The notes under the pieces: generated by a model
Database searches by the model: none
What the model was told of the DNA's origin: nothing
Seen by the model: the letters and a program-made list of their open reading frames with translations, nothing else
Assembly (NCBI GenBank): GCA_050011355.1
Contig: JBEKJG010000009.1
Span: 13,521 to 77,520, forward strand
DNA from: Thermoplasmata archaeon
GTDB lineage: Archaea; Thermoplasmatota; Thermoplasmata; Lutacidiplasmatales; UBA184
Direction of reading: 5' to 3'
DNA: 64,000 bases
Position numbers and translations under genes: made by a program
Shown: piece after piece, positions 28,054 through 38,043 of the stretch
How positions within the stretch are numbered: the first letter of the stretch is position 1
Layout: the number at the start of each line of letters is the position of its first letter

Positions 28054-29193
28054 TCAGAGCACGCCCATCTCGGTGAGCTTCTCGGGAAGGTAATGCTCCG
28101 TCACGTAGTTGAGCCCGTACTTCGCGAGCGACTGCTGCTCGGCCTTCTTCCCGTTCTTCAGCATCAGCTCGATCTCCGCGCGCCAGTCGGCGGTGCCGAA
28201 CCGCGGGTCGGTGAGCTCGGCCTGGAGCGCCCGGATGTCCTGTTCCGAGAGCTTGTCCGAGGGGAGGTCGTAGTTCTCGATGTCGGAGGCCGTCACCCCG
28301 AGGAATTCGGCGGCCGGGGTCGCGAGATAGGAGGAGAGGTGGGCCGTCTTGATGGCCCCGTAGGCGACGCTGGCGTAGATGCGGAACGACCACGGGTCGC
28401 CGTCGGTGAAGACGACCACGGGCAACTTCAGCTCCTCGGTGACCCGTCGCAGGAAGCGCCGGGTGGACCGGGCCGGCTGCCCCTTCAGATGCACCAGGAT
28501 CGCGTTGTACTGCTCGTCGAACCCGTTCTCCGCGAGCCGGTCGACCATGCCGCCGCATTCGATGGCGATGACGAACTTCGCCTTCGTGCTGACGAACTGG
28601 ATCTTCTCCTTCTCGACATTGAACGGGAGGGAGTACCCCCCGTCGCCGACATCGTCGCGGCAGTTGATCGTCTTCACGATCCCCTTCCGGTTCCGCTCCT
28701 TGATGGTGAGGTCGCCGATCACGGAGGCCCCGTTCTCCTCGGGGTGGAGGCGGAAGTCCTCCCGGAGGCGCTCGCAAAGGACCTCGAGGTCCTCGATGAG
28801 CAGGTTCGACTCGTCCTCGCTGTGGAACTTCGCCTCCTCCCAGGCCTCGCTGATGTAGTAGAGCTCCCGCAGGGTCGACGTCTTCCTGTCGCGGGCCATC
28901 TCGTTGATGAAATCGACCAGGTAGAACGTCCGCAGCAGCATCAGCGCGCCGTCGAGCTTGCGCGCGGACCGGGTACCCATCTGGCGGCCGAGCTTCCAGA
29001 CCCCCTCCCGGGCGAGGAAGGAGAGGTTCTGCTTCGTGCGGAGCGGCAACCGCATCCGGGGGATCTCCCCGTGGTCGAGCTGCTCGTAGATCGACTCGGC
29101 CAGGTCCAGGGTGGGCTTGAGCGCATCCGCGCGGATGCGCGGGGCGTCCTCCTCACTCGTCGTCGGCGGCGCTCGCGCTCGACTCCGCGGCAT
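28054..29193 (-). CDS. top6A: DNA topoisomerase VI subunit A (Spo11 homolog)
   Basis: [12 protein letters not shown] (catalytic Tyr region) and the Toprim block [17 protein letters not shown] 29193 chosen inside track ORF 28054..29523; it overlaps the top6B 3' end by 41 nt. Gives 379 aa, a normal length. Confidence 0.88.
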   Translation of the reverse strand: MPRSRARAPPTTSEEDAPRIRADALKPTLDLAESIYEQLDHGEIPRMRLPLRTKQNLSFLAREGVWKLGRQMGTRSARKLDGALMLLRTFYLVDFINEMARDRKTSTLRELYYISEAWEEAKFHSEDESNLLIEDLEVLCERLREDFRLHPEENGASVIGDLTIKERNRKGIVKTINCRDDVGDGGYSLPFNVEKEKIQFVSTKAKFVIAIECGGMVDRLAENGFDEQYNAILVHLKGQPARSTRRFLRRVTEELKLPVVVFTDGDPWSFRIYASVAYGAIKTAHLSSYLATPAAEFLGVTASDIENYDLPSDKLSEQDIRALQAELTDPRFGTADWRAEIELMLKNGKKAEQQSLAKYGLNYVTEHYLPEKLTEMGVL

Positions 29194-31174
29194 CGTAATC
29201 CACCTCCTCGTCCCCCGCTCCGGGGGCATGGGCCTCGGCTTCGGCGGCCTCCGCCGCCTCGACAATGGTTCTCGGGAGACGGACGTCCCAGTCTCCCGGC
29301 AGCGGGTCGGCCCCCAACAGGTGGGCCTGGTCGATCCCCGCGACGTACCAGTCGAAATCGTTCGCCTCGACGTCGGTCTTCGGGGGGAACTTGAGCTCCA
29401 GGTGGGTCTTGCCGCTGGGTGTGAGCTTGGGCAGGGTCCACCAGGCCCGGCCGAGCGCGAGGTCGGTGCCGTCCGGCGCGGGATCGAACGACGCCTTCGG
29501 GAGCAGGTCGGGGGGAAGTTCAACGAACAGCTCGAGCACGCGGGCGCGCGGGGTGTAGTTCGTGACGTCGATCGGGACCTTTACCCCGTCCGGTCCCGGG
29601 GTGACCGGGGTCTCGATGTTGACGACGTCCATGATGCGGGTGATCACCGGCGTCAGGTCCGGGATCGCCTTGCCGACGAGGTGGCTCGTCTTCTCGGCCA
29701 GCTTCGGCAGGATCTTGAGGATGATCGCGAACTTCTCGCTCGCGAGGTCGTGGCGGTTCCGTCGGGAGAGGTGGGTCCGCAGGTGACGAGCGGCCACCTG
29801 GAGGGCCAGGGTGATCTCCCGGTCGATCTCCGGGTCCTCCGCGATCGCCTCCTTCGCCTCGCTCGTGAACGGGATCTTGGTGGAGGCGACGTGGACGAGG
29901 ATGAGGGCCGGGCCGCTGGGCAACCCGGACCCGCCCTTCTGGTCGAGACCGTAGCGCCGCCAGTCGAGGTTCGAGATGGCGTTCGTGATCGCGCAGGCGC
30001 CCTGCTGGAACAGGAGCGGGACCCGATTCGCGAACCGGAGGATCTGGACCGACTGGTCCGCGGGGAGCCCGCCCCCGTAGACGAGCCCGACCTCGACCAT
30101 GAACGGGAAGCCGCCCCGGACCTTCGGGGGACGGCTGACCGGGGGGGCGAAGAACTCGGGGCGGACGTCGCCGAGGACGTTCCGGAGCCCTCGCTTGATC
30201 AGCATCGCCCCGATCGGCGAGAGCCCGTCCGCCGAAGGGGCGACCAGCGGGACGGCCCGTAGGGCGGTGAGGAGCCGCTCCTGGTCCTCCCCCTGGACCG
30301 AACCCGGGGACATGGAGGACTTGAGCCCCGCCGCCACGAGGACGTCCTTGGCCGCACGGGGAGAGACCCCCTGGAGGTCCTTTGTCAGGAACTCGTTGCA
30401 CGTCGGACGCTTGGTCGCCTTGAGGTAGTACCCGAGCTCGCCGAGCTCGAGACCGTAGGGGTGCGGGAGCGTCTCCTTGGCGATCGGCGGCTTCTCTTCG
30501 GTCGCCCGCTCGAACGTCACCCGCGTGCCGTCGGGCTCGACGAGGGTGATCCGGGCGTGGGGATTGACGATCGCCGTCCCCCGGAGGTACTCGAAGGGCG
30601 ACTGCCGGCCGCGAATGTACTTGGCCTTGAGCACCAGTTCGATCTTGGTCCCGTGCGGACGGTCCCAGAGGACGACATCCTCCGAGGCGACCCGCGGCTG
30701 ATTCTTCTGGGTGTCGAGGAACAGCTCGAGGACGTGGGCGGCCTCCTCCTCCTCGACCTTCGAAGTGATCTTCGCGGGCCGGGCCGTGGTGAGGTTGGCG
30801 TAGAGGACCGCGGCGCTGATCCCGATCCCCTGCTGGCCGCGGGCCTGACGGTTCGAATGGAAGCGCGAGCCGTACAGGAGCCGGGCGAAGACGTTGGGGA
30901 TCTCCTTTCGAAGGATTCCCGGCCCGTTGTCGGTGACCGCCACCCGGACCCGGTCCTCCCCCTCTTTCGAGATCTCGACCAGGATCTCGGGCAGGATCCC
31001 TGCCTCCTCGCACGCATCAATCCCGTTGTCCGCCGCCTCCTTCACGGTCGTCAGGAGCGATCGTTGCGGGTTGTCGAACCCCAGGATCTGGCGGTTCCGC
31101 TCGAAGAACTCGGCGACCGAGATCTCCCGCTGCTTGGCCGCCAGCTGCTGGGCGATCGTGGGGGGCGGGGGCAT
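29153..31174 (-). CDS. top6B: DNA topoisomerase VI subunit B (GHKL ATPase)
   Basis: Bergerat-fold motifs [46 protein letters not shown]. Acidic C-terminal tail. Confidence 0.9.
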   Translation of the reverse strand: MPPPPTIAQQLAAKQREISVAEFFERNRQILGFDNPQRSLLTTVKEAADNGIDACEEAGILPEILVEISKEGEDRVRVAVTDNGPGILRKEIPNVFARLLYGSRFHSNRQARGQQGIGISAAVLYANLTTARPAKITSKVEEEEAAHVLELFLDTQKNQPRVASEDVVLWDRPHGTKIELVLKAKYIRGRQSPFEYLRGTAIVNPHARITLVEPDGTRVTFERATEEKPPIAKETLPHPYGLELGELGYYLKATKRPTCNEFLTKDLQGVSPRAAKDVLVAAGLKSSMSPGSVQGEDQERLLTALRAVPLVAPSADGLSPIGAMLIKRGLRNVLGDVRPEFFAPPVSRPPKVRGGFPFMVEVGLVYGGGLPADQSVQILRFANRVPLLFQQGACAITNAISNLDWRRYGLDQKGGSGLPSGPALILVHVASTKIPFTSEAKEAIAEDPEIDREITLALQVAARHLRTHLSRRNRHDLASEKFAIILKILPKLAEKTSHLVGKAIPDLTPVITRIMDVVNIETPVTPGPDGVKVPIDVTNYTPRARVLELFVELPPDLLPKASFDPAPDGTDLALGRAWWTLPKLTPSGKTHLELKFPPKTDVEANDFDWYVAGIDQAHLLGADPLPGDWDVRLPRTIVEAAEAAEAEAHAPGAGDEEVDYDAAESSASAADDE

Positions 31175-31197
31175 CAGGGGCGAAGCCGCGGCGCCCC

Positions 31198-31206
31198 GCT
31201 ATAAGC
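31198..31206 (-). promoter_or_regulatory. TATA box (GCTTATAGC on minus strand) 28 nt upstream of the top6B ATG
   Basis: Only A/T core in the 100-nt spacer; leaderless spacing. Confidence 0.4.
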
Positions 31207-31275
31207 CCCCTGTTGGAATCGAACGAAGCGGGCGCCCTCGCCGACGGAAGGGACCCCCCCGCGCCGGGGCGTCGC

Positions 31276-31740
31276 CTACGCCCGGACCAGGACCACCGAA
31301 GTGCGGGCGCGGTTGGAGACGGCCCGAGAGACGCTCCCCATCAGGACAGCCCGCGTGCCCCGGTATCCGCGCGTGCCCATCACGATGAGGTCGGGGCGCG
31401 CGCGCGCGGCGGCGCGCAGGATCTGGTCGGCGACGTGCCCCCGGGCGAGCCGGACCTCCGGTTCGACCCCGAGGCTCCGGGCGATCCGGACCGCCTCGGC
31501 CAGGAGGATCTGGCCCTGTTCCACCGGTCCCGTCGCGTCCTCCTCGCCCATCAGCACCGGGACCTCGGTCAGCCCGACGACGTGCAGGACCGTGAGACGA
31601 GCCCCGAACGCGTGCGCCATTTGGGAGGCCAGGCGAACCGCGTTCCGACTGGAGGGGGAGTCGTCGATGGGGGCGAGGATCGTCCGCACGGAGACCGGGG
31701 ATGTGGGGGTCAAGTCGGCGACTCCTCGGGGTGGAACCAT
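31276..31740 (-). CDS. Universal stress protein (UspA family); start uncertain (ATG 31740, TTG 31713 or GTG 31689)
   Basis: RTILAPIDDSPSS...LTVLHVV...PDLIVMGTRGYRGTRAVLMGSVSRAVSNRARTSVVLV is the Usp ATP-binding signature. The longest form overlaps the upstream antiporter by 31 nt. Confidence 0.8.
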   Translation of the reverse strand: MVPPRGVADLTPTSPVSVRTILAPIDDSPSSRNAVRLASQMAHAFGARLTVLHVVGLTEVPVLMGEEDATGPVEQGQILLAEAVRIARSLGVEPEVRLARGHVADQILRAAARARPDLIVMGTRGYRGTRAVLMGSVSRAVSNRARTSVVLVRA

Positions 31741-32831
31741 CGTTCGGCGATGAGCGTTGGGATGATCGCGGTCGAGATGACGACGGTCAGCAGGACCGAG
31801 AACTGGGTCCGGTCAATGATTCCCGAATCGTAACCGTAGAGCGAGGAGATCGTCCCGAAGGTCAGACCGGTGCTCATGAGAAGGCCGATGTACGCCGAGT
31901 CGTGGCCTACGAGCCGGCGCGCCAACGGGAGGACCCCCGCGAGCTTCGCCCCCACCTTGACCCCGAACAGTGCGACGACGAGGACGGCTCCCGCGGCGAC
32001 CGCGGCGAGGGAGACGTCGAGCCCGGCGTTGATGAAGAAGAACGGGGTGAGGAAGGCGAGCGTCACGGACCGGAGCTTTCGGAGGATCTCCGGGTTCTGC
32101 CCGAGGACGGAGGCCAGGGCGAGACCAAGGATATACGCCGGCAAGATCGCTTGGGAGCCGGCCAGCTGGGCGACCGCCCCGAGGAGCACCACGAGGAAGA
32201 AGATCACTTTGACCTCGGTCTCCCCCGACCGGCCCTGGAGGTAGGAGAACAACCGGCGGAAGAGCCCCGGGACGAAGATCGTCGCGGCAACGATCGCCGC
32301 GATGAGGAGGAAGATGTACTCGTTGGGCCGGACGAACAGGAGACTCAGGGCGAGCGCCGTGCCGAGGTCCGTGACGAAGCAGGCCGACAGGAGGAGCTTG
32401 CCTGTGGGGGTCCGGCTGGTGCCGGTTTCGACCAGCACGACGTACACGATGGCGACCGAGGTCGTCGAGAGCGCGACCCCGGCCAGCAGGGACGCGTCCC
32501 ACCCCCAACCCAGGACGAGGTAGGTAAACCCCCACGCGGCCAGGAACGGGGCGAGGAAGGAGACCACACCGATGGAGATGGACGCCTTCCAGGTCTTGCG
32601 CATCGCGACTGGGTCGATCTCGGCGCCCGCGAGGAAGGTCAGGACGACGCTCGCGATCCCGGCCAGGAACGGCAGCCAGTCCTGCCCCGTCGTCGAGATG
32701 CCAAAGAAGTTTCCGGCGAGGATCCCCGCGATCATCTCGAGGATGGCGACCGACACCCCGAGCCGGGTCGAGACGAGGGAACAGACGACGGTCAGTCCCA
32801 GTACGACGACGAGGACGCTCCACTCGACCAT
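31710..32831 (-). CDS. Cation:proton antiporter (Na+/H+ exchanger family, CPA-type membrane domain only)
   Basis: 373 aa with about 11 TM helices. ILEMIAGILAGN...LPFLAGIASVVLTFLAGAEID is typical of the Na_H_Exchanger family. Confidence 0.8.
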   Translation of the reverse strand: MVEWSVLVVVLGLTVVCSLVSTRLGVSVAILEMIAGILAGNFFGISTTGQDWLPFLAGIASVVLTFLAGAEIDPVAMRKTWKASISIGVVSFLAPFLAAWGFTYLVLGWGWDASLLAGVALSTTSVAIVYVVLVETGTSRTPTGKLLLSACFVTDLGTALALSLLFVRPNEYIFLLIAAIVAATIFVPGLFRRLFSYLQGRSGETEVKVIFFLVVLLGAVAQLAGSQAILPAYILGLALASVLGQNPEILRKLRSVTLAFLTPFFFINAGLDVSLAAVAAGAVLVVALFGVKVGAKLAGVLPLARRLVGHDSAYIGLLMSTGLTFGTISSLYGYDSGIIDRTQFSVLLTVVISTAIIPTLIAERWFHPEESPT

Positions 32832-32942
32832 GCTTCCGCCTTCCGGTCGGCGCGGTTGGGCGAGGTAGAAGCTATCAGCCCGCGCCGGGGCGGTTGAAGG
32901 GGAGCTTCATCCCCTCGACCACATTCATTTGGGCCGGTCTAT

Positions 32943-33779
32943 TTAATCTGTGGTGGGGGACGCGCCGTTTCGGGACTCACCGGGGCGGGAGGCGACGTCC
33001 CGGAGTACCGGCCGGAACGGCCTCCAGCGGGACGACTCGGCAAGGTCGACATCGACACGGAAGACCCGGTCCTCGGGTCCTCTCCCCGACGAGGGGACGT
33101 CCGTGAGGGCGACCGGCTCTCCGCGCGAGTCCCAGACGCCACTGCCGCCGCCGAACACGATCCCGTCCTCGACCCCCACCCGGTTGACATACACTATGGG
33201 GAGGCCGTTCTCGATGGCCCGGGCGGGGAGCAGTTTGGAGAACAGGGCGTAGCTCGTGACCGGCGAGGCGGAGATGACGACCAGGAGGTCCGCCCCCGCG
33301 AGGGCGAGGCTCCGGAAGATCTCCGGGAAGAACGTGTCGTAGCAGATCGCGAGCCCGAGCGAGTGCGGCCCCCAGGGCACGGGTCGGCTCAGGTCGCTGG
33401 GCGTGAACGGGACCCCCTCCTCGAACGGGCCGAAGGTCGGAAGGTAGCGCTTTACTTGGGCCGCGACCGTCCCGTCGGGGCGGAAGAGGAGCGCGACGTT
33501 GCGCAGCTCCCCCTTCCGCTCCTCCGACCGGACCGGGGCCCCGACCACGAGGGTGGTCGAGTGCTCCCGGGCCAGCGCGGCGAGGCGGTCCCAGGCGCGG
33601 TCCCCCGGCGTGAGCGCGAGGTGGTGGAACCGGTCCCCGACCCGATACCCGGAGAGGAACAGCTCGGGAAAGACCGCGAGGTCGGAGGGCGCGGACCGGA
33701 GGGCCGCCGCGATGCGGTCGAGGTTCGACTCGGTGGAGCCGGGCTTGGGCGCCAGCTGGCCGAGCAGGAGGCGCGTCAA
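32943..33779 (-). CDS. Carbon-nitrogen hydrolase (nitrilase superfamily)
   Basis: Catalytic E-K-C context: VFPELFLSGY, QVKRYLPTF, LGLAICYDTFFPE. Confidence 0.8.
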   Translation of the reverse strand: MTRLLLGQLAPKPGSTESNLDRIAAALRSAPSDLAVFPELFLSGYRVGDRFHHLALTPGDRAWDRLAALAREHSTTLVVGAPVRSEERKGELRNVALLFRPDGTVAAQVKRYLPTFGPFEEGVPFTPSDLSRPVPWGPHSLGLAICYDTFFPEIFRSLALAGADLLVVISASPVTSYALFSKLLPARAIENGLPIVYVNRVGVEDGIVFGGGSGVWDSRGEPVALTDVPSSGRGPEDRVFRVDVDLAESSRWRPFRPVLRDVASRPGESRNGASPTTD

Positions 33780-34231
33780 TAGAAGTACCGACGCACCGAG
33801 AGGAGGTAGACGAAGAGGACGACCAGCAGGACGAACAGGATCGTGATGGAGCCGGTGAAGAACAGGTAGACGGTCGTCCCGAAGACGATGACGAGCGTCG
33901 TCCAGAGCGCCCAGGTCTCCTGCCGCCAGAGGGAGGTCGCGATGACGAGGAGCGCCACGCCCAGCACGACCAGGATGGCCGCCCCGAGCAGGTCGATCGA
34001 AGGGAACAGGTCGAGCGCGGACGGGAAGAACGTCGTCCCGAGCTCGCCGAGGAGGAAGAGGATCCCGCCGAGGACCATGACCACCCCCGCGATCGCGATC
34101 AGGACCGAGACCACCGCGACCCCGATCGGGAGCCGCGGGACGGCGGTCGAGGGCGACCAGGAGGGGGGCAGCCGGTCGAACGCGACGGCCGACGAACCGG
34201 AGTTAGCGTTCGCCGTCGACGACCCGCCCAT
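33776..34231 (-). CDS. Hypothetical integral membrane protein (4 predicted helices)
   Basis: Codon-consistent ORF with hydrophobic stretches IGVAVVSVLIAIAGVVMVLGGILFLLG, LLGAAILVVLGVALLVIATSLW, WTTLVIVFGTTVYLFF and ITILFVLLVVLFVYLL. 4-nt overlap with the nitrilase start. No family recognised. Confidence 0.45.
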   Translation of the reverse strand: MGGSSTANANSGSSAVAFDRLPPSWSPSTAVPRLPIGVAVVSVLIAIAGVVMVLGGILFLLGELGTTFFPSALDLFPSIDLLGAAILVVLGVALLVIATSLWRQETWALWTTLVIVFGTTVYLFFTGSITILFVLLVVLFVYLLSVRRYFY

Positions 34232-34292
34232 GGCTCCCCGTGCCCCCGAGAACTCCGGCCGGGGCGGATGTAGCTTTCGATGGAGCGGAGGC

Positions 34293-35351
34293 TCAGAACC
34301 GCCGCTCGGCCGCCCCGCGGGCGAGACGCTCCAGGAGGAGGCGGTAGGGGCCGGGGGGCACGGGTTCGAGGCAGCGGGTGGCCTGCGCGGCCCAGTCGGA
34401 CGCCTCGCGGGCGACCGCCGCGGGCGCGTCGGTCATGAGCGTGAGCTCGCGCAGCCGCAGGAGGTGCTTCGTCCGCTTGCGACGGAGCTGGAACAACCGT
34501 TCGAACTCCGCCTGGTGCTGGGGGTCGAGGCGGGCGAAGGTCTCCAGCGAGACGAGCGTCGGGTTCCCTTCCCGAAGGTCGGAGTAGAGGGGCTTTCCGA
34601 GGAGGTCCGCGTCGCCGACGACGTCGAGGAGGTCGTCCCGGATCTGGAAGGCGATGCCGAGCGCGCGCCCGTAGCCAGCGAGGGCGTCTACGTAGGAGGG
34701 GCTGGTCCCGGCGATCTCGGCGACAGAGGCGAGCGCCGCGGCGATGATCGCCGCGGTCTTGCGCTCGATGATGCGGAAGTAGTGGTCCCGGCCGGTCGAG
34801 AGGTCGAACCGGGACGACTCCTGAAGGACCTCCCCCTCGACCAGGTCCGCGCACGATTCGCCGCAGCGCATGATGATCGAACGGGGGTACTCCGCCGCGA
34901 GTTCGAACGCCCGGACGAACAGGTAGTCCCCGGAGACGATCGCGAGCGGCAGCCCGAAAGCGCGGGGCATCGACGGTCGGCCCCGCCGGGTCTCGGCGTG
35001 GTCGATGACGTCGTCGTGGACGAGGGTCGCCGTGTGGATCAGCTGGAAGGCGGCGGCGAGGGAGTGGATCGGCTGGGTCGACGTCGCCCCGAGGGCCCGA
35101 TGGGCCGCGGCCATCAGCAGGGGCCGGACCCGCTTGCCGCCGGTGGAGCAGGCGTACCGTGCGGCCTCGGTGAGCTGGGCGTAGGTGGAGCTGAGCACCT
35201 CAGCGACGCGCCAGTCGATGTCCGCGAGGTCGCGGACGAGGACCGGCAGGAGCTCGGAGAACTGGCTGGTCGCCTCGACCCCGAAGGTGGACGTGACGAT
35301 CGACTCGAGGGAGGGATCCACCGTCTCGCGGGCCGGCGCCGGGCTCGTCAC
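34293..35351 (-). CDS. Polyprenyl diphosphate synthase, IspB/HepT-like; predicted product longer than C20
   Basis: GTG 35351 overlaps the upstream gene's TGA (GTGA). First Asp-rich motif HTATLVHDDVIDH, second FQIRDDLLD. Small residues (A, T) at -5/-4 resemble E. coli IspB (HTATLLHDDVVD). Lies inside shadow-extended track ORF 34293..36320. Confidence 0.8.
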   Translation of the reverse strand: MTSPAPARETVDPSLESIVTSTFGVEATSQFSELLPVLVRDLADIDWRVAEVLSSTYAQLTEAARYACSTGGKRVRPLLMAAAHRALGATSTQPIHSLAAAFQLIHTATLVHDDVIDHAETRRGRPSMPRAFGLPLAIVSGDYLFVRAFELAAEYPRSIIMRCGESCADLVEGEVLQESSRFDLSTGRDHYFRIIERKTAAIIAAALASVAEIAGTSPSYVDALAGYGRALGIAFQIRDDLLDVVGDADLLGKPLYSDLREGNPTLVSLETFARLDPQHQAEFERLFQLRRKRTKHLLRLRELTLMTDAPAAVAREASDWAAQATRCLEPVPPGPYRLLLERLARGAAERRF

Positions 35352-36448
35352 GAACCCCTCCCCCGGTGCGTGGGCCACCGCAGCCGCATCATCGCATCGA
35401 GACCGGAGGACCCGATATAGCGCATCCCCAGCGCCAGGAGGGGGTCGTACCGGGCAAAATGGTCGCCCCACTCGTAGACCCGGGCCGCCCGGTCGAGGGG
35501 GTCGAACAGCGCCGCCCGCCAGGCGGTGTCGTAGGCGGTGAGCGGGGTGCCGGACCGGACGTGCTCGGCCGCCGTCCGGCCCGCGAGCCAGCCGCTCAGC
35601 ATCGCCGTCGGGATCCCGCCCCCGTTCGTCGCCATGACCAGGTTGGCGGCATCCCCGCAGAGGAGCACGTTCTCGCGGACGAGCGAGGCGGGGGGCGGGC
35701 CGACCGGCACCCACCACCGCGTGCGCTCCCGGATCTCGCCGAGGTGCTGTCGCCCGACGAAGCGGGCGAGGAGCGAGCCCAGGGTCTGTCCGGGCGGGAC
35801 CCGGGGCACGCCCAGGCCGACGTTGACGTCGTGGGCCCGGGGGAACGCCCAACCGTACCCCCGGGGGGCGTCCCGTCCGAAGTACAGGTCGATCCCGTCT
35901 CCGAGCGGTCCGTCCACGGTCGCCGTGATCATGCGGAACATCGTCCGCTCGGGGACCAGGTGGACCGAGCGTCCGACCGTCGAGAGCGGGCCGTCGGCCC
36001 CGACGACCACCGTCCCTTCGAGGGTCCCTCCGCCCGCGACCCGGACCTCGGTCCCGTGGACCCCGGTCACGCCGAGCGGGAACCGCAGCTCGGCCCCGGC
36101 CCCTTCGGCCCGGTACGCGAGTGCCTTGTCGAACGCCCGTCGGGAGACGGTCGCCCCGTGGAGGGGGAATCGGAACCGGTGGCCGTACGGCGAGACGCAG
36201 GTCATCCACTCCGTCTCCCGGAGGACCGTGGCGGCGGGGATGTCGAACGCACGGTGGATGAGCTCCGGGCAGTCGAACAGGTCCGCCAGTTCCGCCGGCG
36301 AGGGCACGAACTCTCCGCACTGGACCGGGTGGCCGAGCTCGGGCCGGTGGTCGAGCAGGAGCGTCCGGGCGCCCGTCTCGGCGGCGCTGCGGGCCGCGAG
36401 CGAGCCCGCGGGGCCGGCACCGACGACGATGACGTCGAAGCGGTCCAT
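35348..36448 (-). CDS. Geranylgeranyl reductase family FAD-dependent oxidoreductase
   Basis: FDVIVVGAGPAGSLAA (FAD dinucleotide fold), PVQCGEFV (conserved Cys), GYGWAFP, LLCGDAANLVMATNGGGIPTAMLSG. The ATG lies 2 nt after the nuoN stop. Confidence 0.8.
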   Translation of the reverse strand: MDRFDVIVVGAGPAGSLAARSAAETGARTLLLDHRPELGHPVQCGEFVPSPAELADLFDCPELIHRAFDIPAATVLRETEWMTCVSPYGHRFRFPLHGATVSRRAFDKALAYRAEGAGAELRFPLGVTGVHGTEVRVAGGGTLEGTVVVGADGPLSTVGRSVHLVPERTMFRMITATVDGPLGDGIDLYFGRDAPRGYGWAFPRAHDVNVGLGVPRVPPGQTLGSLLARFVGRQHLGEIRERTRWWVPVGPPPASLVRENVLLCGDAANLVMATNGGGIPTAMLSGWLAGRTAAEHVRSGTPLTAYDTAWRAALFDPLDRAARVYEWGDHFARYDPLLALGMRYIGSSGLDAMMRLRWPTHRGRGS

Positions 36449-36450
36449 CC

Positions 36451-38040
36451 CTAGGCTCCGAGCGCCACGAAATGCTGGGCGGCCGACTGGATCGCGCCGA
36501 GCACCGGTTGCGGGTACACCCCGATCGCCACGATGAGGACCGCGATGAGGCCGATGGCGACCGCCCGCCCGTAGCCGAGGCCCCCCGCCGGCAGCGGGTC
36601 CGCGACCGGCAGGGCCGTACTACCAGCGGTGGCGAGTGCCGTCGACGGACTCGGGTCGAAGTAGAGGACCTTCAGGACCCGGGCGTAGTAGAACACGGAG
36701 AGGGCGCTGTTGAGCAGACCGGCCACCGCGAGCCAGACGAAGTACCCCTGCGCCTGGACCGCCGCCGAGAAGAGGACGAACTTGGAGACGAACCCGATCG
36801 TGAGCGGAACCCCGGCGAGCGACAGGAGCATGAGGGCGAACGCCGCCCCGAGCAGGGGGCGCCGGGTCCCGAGCCCCTTCCAGTCGTCGATGAGGGGGCC
36901 GATACCGAGGGCCGCCACCCCGGCGACGACCAGGAAGGCGCCGCCCTTCATGAGGACGTGCGCGAAGATCTGCATCGTGGCCCCCGTGATGGCGGGGGCC
37001 GTGCCGATCGTAACCCCGATCAGCATGTAGCCGGCCTGGCTGATCGACGAGTAGGCCAGCATCCGTTTCATCTCCTTCTGCAGGAGCGCGAGCAGGTTGC
37101 CGACCGTCATCGTGACGACCGCGAGGACGGCGAGCGTTAGGGTCAGGATCGGGCTGAGATCGAGCGGTCCGCCGGAGAAGGGTGAGCTCCCCGCCCCCGC
37201 GGCCTTGATGTAGAGGATCGGCCCGAGGAAGACGAGGAAGAAGGCGAAGAGGCCGATCTTCTTCGTTCCCCCCGCAAGGAAGGCGCTCACGTCGCTGGGC
37301 GCGCCGTCGTACACGTCGACGGCCCAGGCGTGGAACGGCACGAGCGTGACCTTGAACGCGAGGCCCGCGATCAGGAACCCGTACCCGAGCAGGACGAGGA
37401 CGGGGAACCCGACCGAGCCGGTCGCTCGCCCGATCGCGTAGAGGTTCGTGGTGTCGTAGGCACCGAAGAGGAGCGACGCCCCGTAGAACGAGAGGACGGT
37501 GGAGAGGGCCCCGATGATGAAGAACTTCATCGCCGCCTCGAGCGACCGGCTCTCGCGCCGGTGGTAGGCGACCAGGAGGTACGTCGCGATGCTCGTCACC
37601 TCGATGGCGAGCAGCAAGAAGATGAGGTCGGTCGCGACCGCGACCAGCAGCATCCCCACGGTGGCGAGCAGCAGAAGCCCGTAGAAGATCGGGGCCCCCT
37701 TCTCGGTCGAGGGTCGGCTGGCCGAGGCGAGGCAGACCAGCAGCGCGGAGAGGAGAAAGATCGCCTGGAAGATGAGGCCGAGCGAGGTGAACGCGTACAG
37801 CGGAGCTCCCGTGGGCGCCGCGTCGATCAGGCTCGAGGGCAGCGTGGCGAACACGCTCAGCGGGGCGAATCCGAGGTCGCCGAGCACGGAGAGGAGCGCG
37901 AGGGTCGTCGCGGCCACCGCGACCGTGCTGAGCCACTCGTTGCGGCGAACCCCCATCACGTCCAGCAGGAACACGAGGAGCGCGCCCCCGAGGACGAGCA
38001 GCTCGGGGACGAATGGGCCGATGAACGACGTCACGTCCAT
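36451..38040 (-). CDS. nuoN: NADH-quinone oxidoreductase subunit N
   Basis: 529-aa antiporter-like polytopic protein, last in the nuo order. Family-typical blocks KKIGLFAFFLVF and AYSSISQAGYMLIG. Confidence 0.88.
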   Translation of the reverse strand: MDVTSFIGPFVPELLVLGGALLVFLLDVMGVRRNEWLSTVAVAATTLALLSVLGDLGFAPLSVFATLPSSLIDAAPTGAPLYAFTSLGLIFQAIFLLSALLVCLASASRPSTEKGAPIFYGLLLLATVGMLLVAVATDLIFLLLAIEVTSIATYLLVAYHRRESRSLEAAMKFFIIGALSTVLSFYGASLLFGAYDTTNLYAIGRATGSVGFPVLVLLGYGFLIAGLAFKVTLVPFHAWAVDVYDGAPSDVSAFLAGGTKKIGLFAFFLVFLGPILYIKAAGAGSSPFSGGPLDLSPILTLTLAVLAVVTMTVGNLLALLQKEMKRMLAYSSISQAGYMLIGVTIGTAPAITGATMQIFAHVLMKGGAFLVVAGVAALGIGPLIDDWKGLGTRRPLLGAAFALMLLSLAGVPLTIGFVSKFVLFSAAVQAQGYFVWLAVAGLLNSALSVFYYARVLKVLYFDPSPSTALATAGSTALPVADPLPAGGLGYGRAVAIGLIAVLIVAIGVYPQPVLGAIQSAAQHFVALGA

Positions 38041-38043
38041 GGC

